A DNA stretch of 64,000 bases from the NCBI RefSeq assembly GCF_009914755.1, contig NC_060941.1; one strand, 5' to 3'. Below, piece after piece: positions 12,929 to 26,665 of this stretch; the stretch's first letter is position 1; each line of letters starts with the position of its first letter. The DNA is from the human T2T-CHM13v2.0 reference genome, Homo sapiens. The notes beneath the pieces are model-generated. The model was given only the letters and a program-made list of their open reading frames with translations, searched no databases and was not told the DNA's origin. The position numbers were made by a program, and so were the translations under genes.

Positions 12929-13527
12929 TGTAGTAGATGCCGTTAGTTGCAATCCAGCACCCATTCTCCACTCTTCCTTCCCAAGAGAATGCCAGTTTCA
13001 TTTAGGTCTGTATCATGCATATCACAGGACGCAGGAGAATTTGACGCCACTCTGAAATCCAGGGGTAGGCCTGACTGGGCTAAAGCTAAACCACTCCTCC
13101 TGGTCAGTGGTTGGTTTGGCCTTGAGCATGTGACCTACTTCTAGACAATGAGACATAATGAGAGGCCTGTCAGAGGCTTTGGAAAACTTCTCTTTATTCT
13201 GAAGAAAGCCCCAGGAAGTTACTTTTCCAAGGGTTGTAAGCAAGCAACTTGTAAACTTGATTGCTACCAGCAGCTGTCCTAAAACCACAAGCGGAACCAG
13301 TCTTAAAGTGAAGCCAAAACTGTGGCTTGCAGAGCAAAAAAACAGAAGTGAATCACATGGGTCCTTGATGACATCATCAAACAGCACTGAAGGCTACCCT
13401 ATCCTGGACTTTCTCTTTATGAGCTAGTAAATTCTGTTTATTAGACATAAATCCATTTAATAACTTTCTAAACCAGTTTGAGTTCTCTTTTCTGTTGTTA
13501 CAGTCCAAAAGACCCTAATTGAATACT
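12929..13527 (+). mobile_element. MLT1J/K-like MaLR LTR
   Basis: 'gagcatgtgacctacttctagacaatgaga', 'gggtccttgatgacatc', 3' end 'aaagaccctaattgaatac'. Confidence 0.7.
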
Positions 13528-13727
13528 GACAATAATACAGCCAATATGGTAGACAATGGTTTAAAAAAAAAAAAAAAGGCTAAAATGGAGCACAAAATGA
13601 AGTAAATGAAGTGGGAAATCTGCCCATTGGGGGATAAGGAGACCACCAGATGAAGGAGTAAACAAACTCTTTGGGGTAAATAATCATGACTATGTCCTTG
13701 GCATCAACTGTCTTCATTAAACAAATC

Positions 13728-13914
13728 AGTAGTTTTCATCATGTTGCTCTGACACCAGCAGCATCAGCAACACCTTGGAACTTGTTAGAAATGCAAATGC
13801 CTGAGCTACGCCCCAGCTCTAGTGAATCAGACAGCCTGGGGTGGGGCCCAGCCATCTGTGTTTTAATAAGCCCTCCAGGGGATTCTTACGCAAGCTCAAG
13901 TGTGAGAACCACTT
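13728..13914. mobile_element. MER5A (hAT-Charlie MITE)
   Basis: 'cagcagcatcagcaacaccttggaacttgttagaaatgcaaat...tgagaaccact'. Confidence 0.88.
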
Positions 13915-15119
13915 CCTTAAATGTATTGGGAAAAGTGAATTTGCCTGAGTCGTTCTCATTATTAACTATTAGCACTTGACTTGAAGTCAGAGTTTAGAAC
14001 CTGCTGTCTTTATTCCAAATTTTTAGTGTGGGGGTCTCAGATCCTCATGTGTTTAGAGTCTTGAGTCACTGAGTAGCCGCTTCTGGCAAACTGAATCTTG
14101 TGCATGTTGACCTAAAGCCAAATTAGAACTCCCTTTACTGCTGTTAAGAAACCAAACTTTACAAAGCACCAGTCCACCCTGCAGAGTAAATAGAAACAGT
14201 TTTATTTGGTACTGGAGGCACATAGAGAAGTGTGGTATTTTCTACCTCTTTAAATTGCCACTTCTGGAACATTTCTAGTGTAGTTTTGGGCTGGCTAAGT
14301 ATAGATTTTTAAATTAATGTATTTTTTTCTTGCTAAGTAATTTTATGGTTTGAAAAATTTTCTTTAATATGCAATTGGGAGGTTTAATGCTCTAAGCTCC
14401 ATGAATATTTCTGTAGAGCAACCTGCTCATAGACAATTATTTTAGCAGTATCCTAGGAATGATCAGTATCATTAACACAGTGTAATCATGTTAAAAGGAA
14501 AGTGTCTTTCACCCAGGGAATGTAGCATGTGGTTAGTGTCTTGATAATTAACCCATTGCCCTTGAAAAAAACCCATTGAAGGTAATCAGAAGCAAAGACA
14601 ATTAACTCCTTTCAAACAATTTCCTTTGTATCTTTACTCCCATCTTAGAAAGGAGATTCCAGAAGGACTTGAAGGAAACAAGAAGACAGGGATAGTTAGA
14701 TCACGTCAGAGGTGCTGATGAGGCCACTGTGCCAATGAACGTTAGGTGTGCTGCCGGATGCGAGGAGGTTCTCTCTCTTTTCGTGATTCTACTCTATTCC
14801 TGTGACACCTCAGAAACATCAGGTGCCATGGCTTCCAGACAGGTGCTTTTTATTAGGCCCCAATCCTCAATCACTCCCCATTTCATCACCTGTAAAATGA
14901 TGATATGCCTCTTTTGGAGGCTGTTATCAGGATTCAATGCAATAACTATATGCAGAAAAGATTTATAAACTTACAGTGTAGACTCATATAACACATTTTT
15001 GTTGGCAGTTCCTACTTTGACGGCTTCCTTTCAGAGGTTTCTGTTCCTTCCATCAGAGCACTTCAACATGTATAGTAAGTCACTCTGCACAGGAAAGATA
15101 AAGATAATATCTGCTTCTT

Positions 15120-15418
<299 letters not shown>

Positions 15419-15639
15419 ATATCTGCTTCTTAATATAAGGGACTGGAAGCCTGTGATATAATTTCAAGTTAAAACAGAGTCATGTTAAGTTACTAAAAAC
15501 TGCCATTCCATGTGATGAGAGAAGAATGTTCAGAATGCTTCAAACAACACTGACGGCTGTCCTATGATGGACTTCCTCTTTATGAGCTAGTCAATTCTGT
15601 TTATTAAATGTAACTCTTGTTGAGATAGGTGCGAAGTGC

Positions 15640-15900
15640 CAGGGAATGATTTCCAGAGGGTATGAAAATATTTGAGGAATTGAGCAATGTTTAGAGTTAG
15701 CCAGGTGAAGGAGGGACAGGAGAGTAAACAGCATGAACAGCATGTGCAAAAGATTGTGGAAAAAAACTGGAACACACAGCCCATCTGGGGAAATGCAAGT
15801 AGCTCAGAAAGGTTAGAGTATAGAATGTGTTGGGAGGGGAGTTGGGTGGGGAATAGCAAAAGGTAGAAGTGGAGATAGGAGCCTGCTTTGTAATAAGCTT
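15640..15900 (-). mobile_element. L2 fragment
   Basis: 'ttagagttagccaggtgaagg...aacagcatgtgcaaaag' typical of L2; boundaries approximate. Confidence 0.55.
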
Positions 15901-18538
15901 GTTTGCAACCTATTTCAAGGGTTTATGACACACTCAGACACACATGCACACACTAAACCATAGAGACAGGGTAAGCCAGAGGCAGGGCCAGAAATAACCA
16001 GATCGAATGTTTGCCCGATTATCTATTTTAACTTGGCTTTTTATTAAATTAAACAGAATCTCTCCGGGATGGAAATCCTTGGCTCTTAGGTTCATTGGGT
16101 CCCTTCTGCACCAGTCTCTGCCAGTTTCATTGAGTCTGTTCTGCACCAGTCTGTTGGTTTCAATATCCCACCAACTCCTATCCCACCTATCCCTACTTTG
16201 GATGAATGGATGGTTAGGATAAGTTTGGGATGTTATCTCAATGGAAATAAGAAGCCAAAATTTTCAGCATCTGCCACCACTTCTCTCCAAGTAATATGAT
16301 AAAAATCACTGGACAGAACCTGGCTTTGTGAATAATTTTCTGAGAGAACCGAGTGAATCTTTGGCCTTTATTTTTCTGTCCATAAAATAAGGAAGAGAAT
16401 AAATGTGCCGGGTATCTGAAAAAGTGATAGTGAAAAACAGAAAAGGAAAGAAAAAGTAAAATAAAAATCAGGGTTATTCCCAGAAGAACTGGGTCCTGAA
16501 TGGAATCAGGATGCAATACTCCCCAAATTCTCCCAACAAGTATCTCAAATACGTGACAACTTTATGTACATAAATGATGGTCAAAATGAACATTAAGACT
16601 GTTCTAAATCAAGCATCCTGAGAAAAAACAACGGGGGAGGATGAGTTAATTCCTAACAAAGCTATCTTATATGTAGCGAATAATTTCTACCTTCCTATAC
16701 CCTATATATAACCCCTCAGTTACGAGAAGTTCATGACAATTGTCTGCTTTGCATCTGAAATTTATCTTACTCCTCAATGCAGCCTCTAGCCCCCCACTGC
16801 ATTTTTGTGATAATATATTACAGGTGGAATGAACTGCAAATTATGCTCAACTTAAGAGTTGTAACTGGTGGAGGAAAGGGGCTCGCTGGTGATTAAAATC
16901 TAGAGATGGCTCCAGTTTCAGGAAATATGGACCAAGCACTGTCACACTGACTTTCTCACTATGTGCAGCTGTAAGTCCCGAACCAAATGCCTGAAGTAGT
17001 TATTCAGAGCCTGTGAAAAATAACTAGTAGCAGGTAAACTAGGAAAAAGGATTAGAGTGTGATGTGCCATTGAACTGGGAATGTGAACGGATTTACCATC
17101 TTTTCTCTTATGGTATCTCCAATATGGAATCAAGGAAGCTTGAAACCAACAGGGATCCATGCAGACAGAGAGAGCTCTAGGAGAATCCCTCTAGTTCTGT
17201 ATCAAGAAGCAGGAATGAAGTATCCTAATATTCAGGGAGAGTGGGGGAAAATCTCCCATTTTTAAATTTTTTGTTCATTAATTTCTTATTTTTTTAATTC
17301 TCCTCATCCCAGTCCCCAGTGCCTGTAGTGGTAGCAACAGTAATGGAAGAGAGGACCCATGGAAGCCTAAAATTCTGAACCTTTCTTTCTTATCAGAGGA
17401 GTAGTGGGTCCAAAGGGGTGGAGATCTTTCCCTATTATTTTCTTCCTCTCTCTGCTCTTCTGCAGTTTTTCAGGCATGTTACAGAAAGTATATAGTAGAG
17501 CAAGGCACATGAAACCCCATCTTGCTGATCATAGAACCAAAAAGAGAGAGCCTCAGGAAGCCTGAAAGTATAAGGATAATCTCAAAGAGGAAGGAACTCA
17601 GGAAAGAGAACTGGACTTCATACAGGTGTTTATGAATTCCCAAGCTCACCTACAAATTGTGTATGTGTGAATCTGACACTAAACAGAAAACCAAAGGCTT
17701 TGGGAACTATAATTCAGGATATACTACCATCCAAGTCCCCAACTGGCCATAGGGTGGAGCCCACATGTGACAGATCCAAATAGCACTGTGAAGGCATTGA
17801 AAATGTAGCCAGCACTAAAACACCATCCATAGAAGGCTGATGAGACCTTCAACCTGAACTCAGATGGTTGACTGCCTTTTAAAGTAAATATATTGATATT
17901 CGTCGTAAGATTTACTTAAGTCCCAAAGTCTCATATGATAATATTCAATATAATTAAAACACAACAGAAATGCATATAAAAATTTAGAAAATTCTCAGTT
18001 CAGATGGAAAATGACAGTCAACAGAAGTGAATGATGAGATAATACAGATATTGGAGTTATCTTATGAAGACTATAAAGCAGCCATCATAAAAATGCTCTA
18101 AGAAGTAAGAGTAATACCCTTGAAATAAATGAAAAGATAGAAGGTATCAGTAAAACCATAGAAGACACACAGAATAATCAAATGGAAGTTTTAAACTGAA
18201 AAATACTACTAATAAAAATTTTAAACTTACTGAAAAGGATGCATAGCAGAATAAAATGACATTGGAAAGAGCCAGTCAACTTGAAAATAGATAAATAGAA
18301 ATTATCCAGTCCTCAATAGAGAGGGAAAAAAAATTCAAAAATGAACAGAGACTCAGAGAACTATAAGATAGTAGGAAAAGGTTTAGCATTTGTGTCATAA
18401 GCATCCCAGAGAGAAGGGAAAGAATACAATGCAGAAAAATAAATAAATAAATAATAGTGAAAACTTCTTTAATTTGGCAAAAGATATAATCTTGTAGATT
18501 TAAGAAGCTCAACAAGTCCCAGAAAGAATAAATCCAAA

Positions 18539-18842
18539 GGCTGGGCACAGTGGCTCACACCTGTAATCCTAGCACTTTGGGAGGCCAAGGCGAGTGGATC
18601 ATCTGAGTTCAGGAGTTCAAGACCAGCCTGGCCAACATGGTGAAACCCCGTCTCTACAAAAATACAAAAATTAGCTATGCCTGATGGCAGGTGCCTGTAA
18701 TCCCAGCTACTCAGGAGGCTGAGGTGGGAGAATCATGAATCGCTTGAACCCAGGAGGCAGACATTGCAGTGAGCTGAGATCATGCCATTGCACTCCAGCC
18801 TGGGTGACAGAGTGAGACTCCATCTAAAAAAAAAAAAAAAAA
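18539..18842 (+). mobile_element. AluS (Sx-like)
   Basis: Full dimer with poly(A); TSD aaatccaaa. Confidence 0.95.
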
Positions 18843-18978
18843 TCCAAAAAGTCCACACCCAAATACATCCTTTAAAAGTGGCTGAAAACTAAATACACAA
18901 CAAAAATTTTTGAAAACAGCCAAATAAAAATGAAAACAAAGTGAAACATAAATATTAACATAATACAATGATTCAAAT

Positions 18979-19273
18979 GGCTAGACTGGCTCATGCCTGT
19001 CATCCCAACATCTTCAGAGGCCAAGGTGGGAAGACTGCTTAAGCCCAGAAGTCCAAGACAGTGAGACTCTGTCTCTACAAAGAATTTTAAAAATTAGCCA
19101 GGCATGGTAGTATGTCCCTGTGGTCCCAGCTACTCAGGAGGCTGAGGCAGGAGCATTTCTTGAGCCCAGGAATTCAAGGCTGCGGTCCTCTGTGATTGTG
19201 CCACTGCACTCCAGCCTGGGCAACAAAGTAAGAGCCCGTCTCTAAAGAACAAAACAAAACAAAACAAAACAAA
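18979..19273 (+). mobile_element. AluJ with (CAAAA)n tail
   Basis: 'gactgcttaagcccagaagtccaagac', 'ttgagcccaggaattcaaggctgc' J-type diagnostics. Confidence 0.88.
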
Positions 19274-20623
19274 AGAAGGAAAGAAAGAGGGAAAAAAAAG
19301 GAGACCATAATAAAGTTAATATTTTCAAAGTCCTGAAAGATATTACTGTCAAACCAGTCATATATATAATGTTATCTTTTTTATTTTATAGACAGGAAAA
19401 TTAAAGCCAAATGTTTACTGAGTTCTCACAGAAACTTATCCACACAGCCAGGTTCTGTCTAATGATTTTATCATATTACCTGGAAAGGAGTGGCAGCAGA
19501 TGCTAAAAATTTTGGCAATATGAGAAAAAGATAATTAAAAACAAGGATCTTCAAGCATATGAAAGGTATTATGTCGAGGTAAAAATACAGAGATAATTTC
19601 CTCAGCAAAACATATTGAAAGAATTTTCTTGACCCTCAGAGTTACAGAACTCCCAGAGGTCTATACCCAGTAAAAATATTCTTCAACACTGAAGCTAAAA
19701 CAAAGATAGCCTCAGTGAAGAAAAACTAAGAGAATGCATTTTCAGCAGATCTGCTTCTTTATAAAAGTAATTCTTCCAAAAGAAAGAAAATAATACCAGA
19801 AATCCACTTGGAATATCAGAAATAAAGGAAGAGCAAAATAAATGGTAAATATCTGCATAAATATAGTAGACTATCATCCCCTTAAATTCTTTAAAATATA
19901 ATTGATATCTGAAACTTGAAATTGTAACATTGCTGGGTTTTCAATATATGCAGATGTGATAAATAAGACACCCACAAGATAAGAGGAGAAAATGATGGGA
20001 ATTTAATGGCGACAAGGTTTCTATATTTAATTTGAAGTGGGAAAACATGTATTTTAAATAAACTGAGAAAAATATATATGTATATTGTAATCACTGTAGC
20101 AATCATTAAAAAATTATACCAACAGATATTATCAAAAATACAATGGATAAAATAGAATACTAAAAGTATTTAAATAACCCAAAATAAAGCAGGAATATAG
20201 AGCAAAGCTATGAAAATAAAAAGAAGAGGAAACAGAATTAAATGGTAGACTGAAATGCAAATATACCAATATTTTCTTTAAATATAAGTGCATTAACTAT
20301 ACCAAATAAAAGACAGAAATGATCTTTACCATGAACCAACTTTATGCTGTCTAAAGACACTCAGTCTAAATATAATCATACAGGCAAGTTAAAAACGAAC
20401 ATGTAGAAAAAGTTATACTATGCAAACACTAAATAAAAGGAAGCTGTAGTGGTTACATTAGTCTATGCATACATTAGAGCAAAGAAAATTACCAGGGAAA
20501 AAGAATGATATTACATAATCCTAAATATACATGCATGTAACAAAAGATATTCAAAATATATGAAGCAAAAACCGACAGAAATGAAAGAAGAAATAAATAA
20601 GTCCATCATATAGCTGAGAATAT

Positions 20624-21396
20624 CGATACAGGAGTGGGACAGGGAAGGGCTGAGTAGAGAAAGACAGGGTCCCTAGGGAGGGCTCCACCCTCAGGCCTGT
20701 TCCCATAGACCTAGGTGAGGACAGGCACTCCTGTTTTCATGCCCAAATGTTGTATTTTCCAAGACCAACCTGGCCTGCCACGCCCTGACCCTGTGCCTAT
20801 AAAAACTCTGAGACCCTAGCAGGCATGCACACAAAGCAGCTGGATGTCGAGAGAAACACACTGGCAGAAGAACACACCAGTAGACACCAGTAGGGCATCT
20901 ATGGCGGGACAACGTGGAATTTGGTTGGCGGTGGTTGGAGGAGAGTCTGGCTGCTCAGCAGCCCCCAGGGGAAAACCGCCTTCCCACTCCATCCCCTTTC
21001 TGGCTCCCCATCCATCTGCTGAGAGCTACTTCCACCATTCAATAAAACCTTGCACTCATTCTCCAAGCCCAAGTGTGATTTGTTTTTTCCAGTACACCAA
21101 GGCAAGAACCTCAGGATACAAAAAGCCCTCTATCTTTGCAATAAGGCAGAGGGTCTAATTGGGCTGATTAACACAAGCCACCTGAGGCAAAACTAAAAGA
21201 GCATACTGTAACAAACATCCACTGGGGCTTCAGGAGCTGTAAACATTCACCCCTAGTCGCTGCCATGGGGTTGGAGCCCCACAACCTGCCTGTCTGCATG
21301 CTCCCTCTAGAGGTTTGAGCAGTGGGGCTCCAAAGAAGGGAGCCACACTTCTATCACATGCCCTGAGAGGGGAATAAGGGTACTTTTCCCATCTCA
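20624..21396 (+). mobile_element. LTR1-family solo LTR in L1 ORF2
   Basis: Homologous to 3717-4510; ATAT TSD (20620-20623/21397-21400); TATA ~20798, AATAAA 21041. Confidence 0.9.
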
Positions 21397-22206
21397 ATAT
21401 CAGCACTCCTCTTTTAAATAATTGATAGAACTGGTAGATAAAAAACTCATTGACACTATAGAAGAACTGAACAACACCATTAACTAACTGTATCTAATTG
21501 ACATTTATAAAACATTTCTACTCAACAACAGCTAAATACACATTCATCTCAAGAGCACATGAAACATTCTCCAATATGGACAACATCTGGATTCATTATA
21601 AAACAAACCTTAACAAATTTAACAGAACTAAATTATGTAAAGTATGTTCTCTGATTATAATGGACTTCAACTAGAAATGAATAACAGAAATGTAAAGGGA
21701 AAATATTCAAATACTTGAAAGTTAAACAACATACTTCAAAATAATCAATGCAATGTAGAGAAAGTTCCAAAAAAATAGAAAAGATTTTGAACAGGATAAC
21801 AATTCAAAATTTACAGGATGCAGCTAATGCAGTGTTTAGAGGAACACTTATAGAATTAAATATGTGAAAAGAAGAAAATTCTCATATCTATCATCAAAAG
21901 ATCTTCCTTAAGAAACACTGGGGAGGGGGGAGAACAAAACAGGCACAGCATACACTGAAGAAAGGAATTAAAAATTGAAATTTCAAAAATTAGACAAAAT
22001 CAGTAAAACCGAAATCTGTTTCTTTAAAAAGACTGATACCTCTGGAAGGCTGACAAAGAAGAAAATAAAAGAAAACAGGCCCATTACTAAAATTACAAGT
22101 GAAAGAAGGATCTTCCTATGACCACAGAGTCCACAAATTAGGTAACGGGAAAAATCACTTAAGCTGCAGCACTAGATCAAAATAATCAACATTTTCCATT
22201 TCAGAG

Positions 22207-22664
22207 TATATAATATATTAAGTAAAATTAGTTCAGCTTCAAAGCAATATTGATTTCAGGACAATGAAAATACGGAAGTAGTCTGCCCAGAGCTGGCATA
22301 GTGCTCTAGCATATCAGAGTCACTGGCTCCTAAATTTTTGTTGCTCCACCATTCATGGCTTCTATTCCAAGATGACCTCTCTGTTCAAGATGGCTGCCAG
22401 AGCAAATTATTAAACATCTATTCTGTCCAACAGGAGGGAGAAAGCTACAAAAAGAGGTAGGGATCATACCTTGAGAGACTCTCTTCAGAAGTTGCAGATC
22501 ACTTCCACTGTATCCTATTGGCTAGAATTTAGTCACATGGTCACTTCTAACTGCAAGGGAGGCTGGGAAATGTGATCTGTAACCCAGATGCCCATATCTC
22601 TGAGTAAAATAATAAAGGAAGGAGTAGATAAGGAATGTGGGTACAATCTGTAATGTTTGGCGCA
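22207..22664 (-). mobile_element. MLT1 (I/J-like) MaLR LTR
   Basis: 'caagatggctgcc', 'ctattggctagaatttagtcacatggtcacttctaactgcaagggaggctgggaaatgtg'. Confidence 0.72.
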
Positions 22665-23095
22665 TATCTTATGAAAGTTCTTCTAGATATTATCAGAACA
22701 GTTTGTACTTCAGAAACTGAAGTTCCTTCAGCCAGGAAAAAAAAAAATGTTCCTTGTGGGACCATATTAGAACCTCTACCTTCAATTCAAAATTCTATTC
22801 TGAACTAAGTTCCTGTGAATAGGTGATGTCTGTTAAACTACTAAAGTCTTGTGTTTTTCTCTCATAAAATAAGCTCCTCATATTCACTCAGAACCATCCC
22901 CATCCATTAATGTTATTCTCTGTCACCACTAGGGACACATCAGCTCAAATGTAATTCCTATCTAAAAACCATTCAGCAGCCATTTGGATGAAGTTCAAAA
23001 TGGGGCATGTCAAGGGTCTTTCAAGAGTCCAAGAAGTTGAGGTGTCCTGCTTTGCACTGTGACCCTTCCTTAACTTCTCCTGCCTTTTTTGCTCC

Positions 23096-23507
23096 CTGTG
23101 GAGCAGGGCTAACTCACAGCACTACACCCAAAGTCGGCAAATATGGGCTCTTGACAACTGTATTTATACTCACAAAAACTCACTTTCAATTACATGCAAA
23201 TTAAGAGGTGAGTCAATGCAAATTGAGGGGCGGATTATTTAGAACTTTCTAGGAAAGGGACAGTAACTTCCAGGTCATTGCCTTGGAATGGTGTGGTCAC
23301 TTCCGGGTTGTTGCCATGGCATTTGTAATCTGTCATGGCACTGGTGGGAGTGTCTTATGCCAATGAGTAATGAGGGCAGCTAGGGCTTACTTCTGTAGCC
23401 ATCTGCTGGTTCCTGCTGGTTTTTCCACTTTATCTTGCCTGGACCAGATCCTGTTTGGGTCAGAAAGGTTGTGACCTGAAAACAAATCCTTCTAGCCTTC
23501 TACCTCA
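23096..23507 (-). mobile_element. LTR26/LTR8-like ERV1 LTR (partial)
   Basis: Ends ...ttctacctca (TGAGGTAGAAG on - strand); repeated 'acttccgggttgttgccatgg' units typical of this group. Confidence 0.65.
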
Positions 23508-23688
23508 TCTTCTCTTCCCCTCATAACCCTCATCCAACCTACCAGCAATTTTTTTAGCATGAATCTTCAAAATACACGCTGAATCCTACCACTTCTCAAT
23601 TCTATACCTTTGTCCAAACTTTCCTGACTCTTGACACTTTTTATTCTTGATGTCTAAAACAAGACCTAACACTCTCATAGGTCTACAT

Positions 23689-23915
23689 CAGGAGTTGGCA
23701 AGCTTTGTCTATAAAGGACCAGTAGCAAAGGTTTCAGACTCTGCAAAACAAAAAAAAAAATATGATCTCTGCAACTACTCAACTCTGCCATTGTAGCATG
23801 AAAGCAGTCATAGATAATAGGTAAGCAAGTGATCATGGCTGTGTTCCAATAAAACTTTATTTACAAAAGCCAGCAGCAGGCAGGATTTGAACTGGCTGTA
23901 GTTTGCCAACCCCTG
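23689..23915. mobile_element. MER58A (hAT-Charlie)
   Basis: caggagttggcaa...tttgccaacccctg TIRs; 8-bp TSD gtctacat/gtctaaac. Confidence 0.9.
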
Positions 23916-24475
23916 GTCTAAACTCATTGTGGGAAGTCCCTGCAGCGTGTTTTTCATTCTTTAAAACACATTTTTCTGTCTTCATTTTTACTCGTGATAA
24001 CACAACCACTTTTTTTAGCGCAATGTTCTATATTTTATTACATGCCATTTTCAAGTACATTATTTCATTTGGTCATACACACATCACAGTGACTTTTTCC
24101 ATACAGTGTTGTAGGGTAATCATCCTAAACTCCTGAAATCAATATTTCTTCATGTCTGACCTTTCCAGATAATGATCTATGTGACAGAATTGCTCCACAC
24201 ATACCCACTTTATCCCTATAGGAAAACGAACACTCTAATTAATGACTCCTCTAATTAAATCTTTTCCTTCACCCTGAACTTTAGCTAAGAATAGAAGGAC
24301 AGCCAAACCGAAAATAAATCAAGCTTGTGTTTTTCTTTCTGTTGGAGAATATCTCAGGACTCAATATACAATTTGTTTCTAGAAGTTTTCCATGTTGGGA
24401 ATGAGACAGTCACAGCATTACATGGGAGGTAGGAATATAAAGTTATAGAAAAAAGAAAGAATGAGCATGAGTTAA

Positions 24476-24973
24476 GAGAGAAGTTACAAACCAATGGTAC
24501 CTGAGTTAAATCCAACCCAGGGACATGTTGCTTGGGCTTCAAAGTAGTTTTAAACAATTTGAGCCACCACTAAAAAAAAAGAATTATTTTAATATAAATT
24601 TACATGCCTCACTTATCTAAAAAAATACATGAGGTAATAGCTATTTCTGGCACCAGTGGGACCAAACTATTTCAAGGTAATAACAAGCTGGAGCTGAACA
24701 GTGCCAATTACTTTTAGATAAAAAGTGTTCCCCAGTTTTCCACAATCTCCACCACTCCATATTATGTACTTAATACTGAAGCAAAGTATTGGCTGGCAAT
24801 TACTATTATTTTTGCACTTTTTTATAGTAAATAAATATTTTTCTGTGCTCTTTTTCCAATGAAAATCAGGAAAATAATAAATTGAGAAGTCCATGTAATT
24901 TAAGAAAAAATGGAAACAAGTAGCTCATTTTGTTGCCTGTCTGACCACTATAGGCATTTGAGTTTTCCTCCAG
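24476..24973. mobile_element. MER113/MER102-like hAT element
   Basis: 'aataacaagctggagctgaacag', 'ccccagttttccacaatctccaccactcc', 'ggcatttgagttt'. Confidence 0.55.
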
Positions 24974-25107
24974 TGCAGGAGAAAGGGACTAGCCTGGAAA
25001 CTGGACTTGAGTTCTAGTCTTAGTTCTTATTTAGTATGAGGGATTTTTAAGCAAGGTATATACCCTGTTTTAGCCTCAATTTCTTCTCCAATAAAATAAA
25101 AGTTTTT

Positions 25108-25540
25108 GTATAAGTTAGGGTGTCTTCGTTGTGAAAAAAAAGTAGTTAATTTTATATGAATATCCAAGGTCATATAATTGATTCAAAAGCTAAGGAATCA
25201 AGTTTGAGAAATAATAAGGAACAAAGCAAGACACTGCAAGGAACTTGGCAGCATCAGCTACAGAAAAAGACCCATTATAGAGCAAAGTGAGCATTGACTG
25301 GGGAAGATGAATCCTGACCATTACTTTTACCTTTGCGTTCTTTGTTCACTCTTCCAAGTTCCAGCATATGATTGGCCAAGCTTGGGGTAGGTGGCCTTTT
25401 CACTGGATGTACCAGGTCAGAAAGCAGGCAAATCTTGGAGATGGTGCCCCAGAGACCCCTTTTATCTCCCACTGCAGAATAGACACCTAAATTTCCAGTC
25501 CCACTAAGACAGTACATAGCAGGGGAAGAGGTAATGCCTC
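25108..25540 (-). mobile_element. Old MLT1 (K/L-like) LTR
   Basis: 'tgtataagttagggtgtc', 'atgattggccaagcttggg'; strongly diverged. Confidence 0.5.
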
Positions 25541-26665
25541 GAACAGAAATTGGGATGCCGTTGGGAAAGGATAATCCATGCTTCCCAGACCAAAAATCAA
25601 AAGAAAGTGTTCTCTTTTAGATTAAGCAAAATTGTATATGCAGCCTAAATACAAAAAGCACAGGAAAGCACAGCAGCTCCAGCTGAAGCAGTAGTGGGCT
25701 ACCTGGATCCCAATCCACTCTGTGACCCCCTCTCTCTACATTAGCCCCTGAAGTACTTCTGCTGACCCAAGATATCTCTGAAGCACAGAGTAAAAACTAC
25801 AGGATGAGATGATCCCTTGAAGCTGCAATTTTGAGATTTGAATGACAGAAAAATTAGTTGAGTTTCCACTGGTTGACTCGGCTCAGAGACTCTAACTAGA
25901 TGATGGCTGCAAGATAAATCTTGACAGGCAACTGAGCCATGAGAATTGTTCCCCTGGGAACTGCAATAGCACTAGTAAATCATTCTCATTGACTGCTGAT
26001 GAGAGAAACTGGCTTCTAGGTTACCACCATCAGAGACAGGGTTGGAAACATTGACCTCAGTGTTAGCAGCTGAAGGGCTCATCATTGACCCCTTAGCCTC
26101 TGAGCCCTCAGACATATGGAATGCCCCCGGTTTTGGATTGCTGAGGACATCTCTGTGGCCCACCTCTCTCATGCACATTAATATGTCTTCATCCTTTGTT
26201 TAGCATGGGAAAAAGAAAGGGGAAGAAAACAAGCTCTTGTGGACTCTTAGTGTGAGCAATCAACAGGAAGAAATGAGGAATGGGACAAAAATATCATATT
26301 GATCAAAGATTTGTTTTGAATAACCAGCCACTCTGGGTAGCAGGCAGCTGGAAGCACATTATGAAACTATTACAGTATTTATACAGAGCTATGCTAATAG
26401 TGAACACAATAGTGCAGAAAACCCCAGTTGCAGAAATCATCAACTTTTTGGAGATTTCAGAATAATTTTTTTCTATTAAGGAAGTATCTCGACCTCACAC
26501 CGATCTCTTTACTGAGCCTCTCTTGGGACTGGTGTTTACATAGACAAACACAGGAAGCTCAGTGAGCTGATCAAAAGTTTTCTCCTTACAAAAGGGTCCT
26601 ATTTATTGCATTATCTTAATTTGTTCTTCATATGTGACTGTGTCTTACTCTTCTGGGTGAATTAT

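Larger units (their letters stand above)
17150..22125 (+). mobile_element. Old L1M LINE (5'UTR, ORF1, start of ORF2), decayed, carrying two Alus, an LTR1 and a 300-bp foreign insert
   Basis: A-rich + strand; ORF1-like 'gaagctcaacaagtcccagaaagaataaatcca', endonuclease-like 'tttatgctgtctaaagacac', 'aaagtatgttctctgattataatgga', 'ggatgcagctaatgcagtgtttagagg'. Confidence 0.8.

Noticed and set aside
20624-21396. Second LTR1 as the 3' LTR of the provirus starting at 3717
   Set aside because: It has its own ATAT TSD, sits inside L1 ORF2, has no PPT upstream, and differs by several indels; it is an independent solo LTR.
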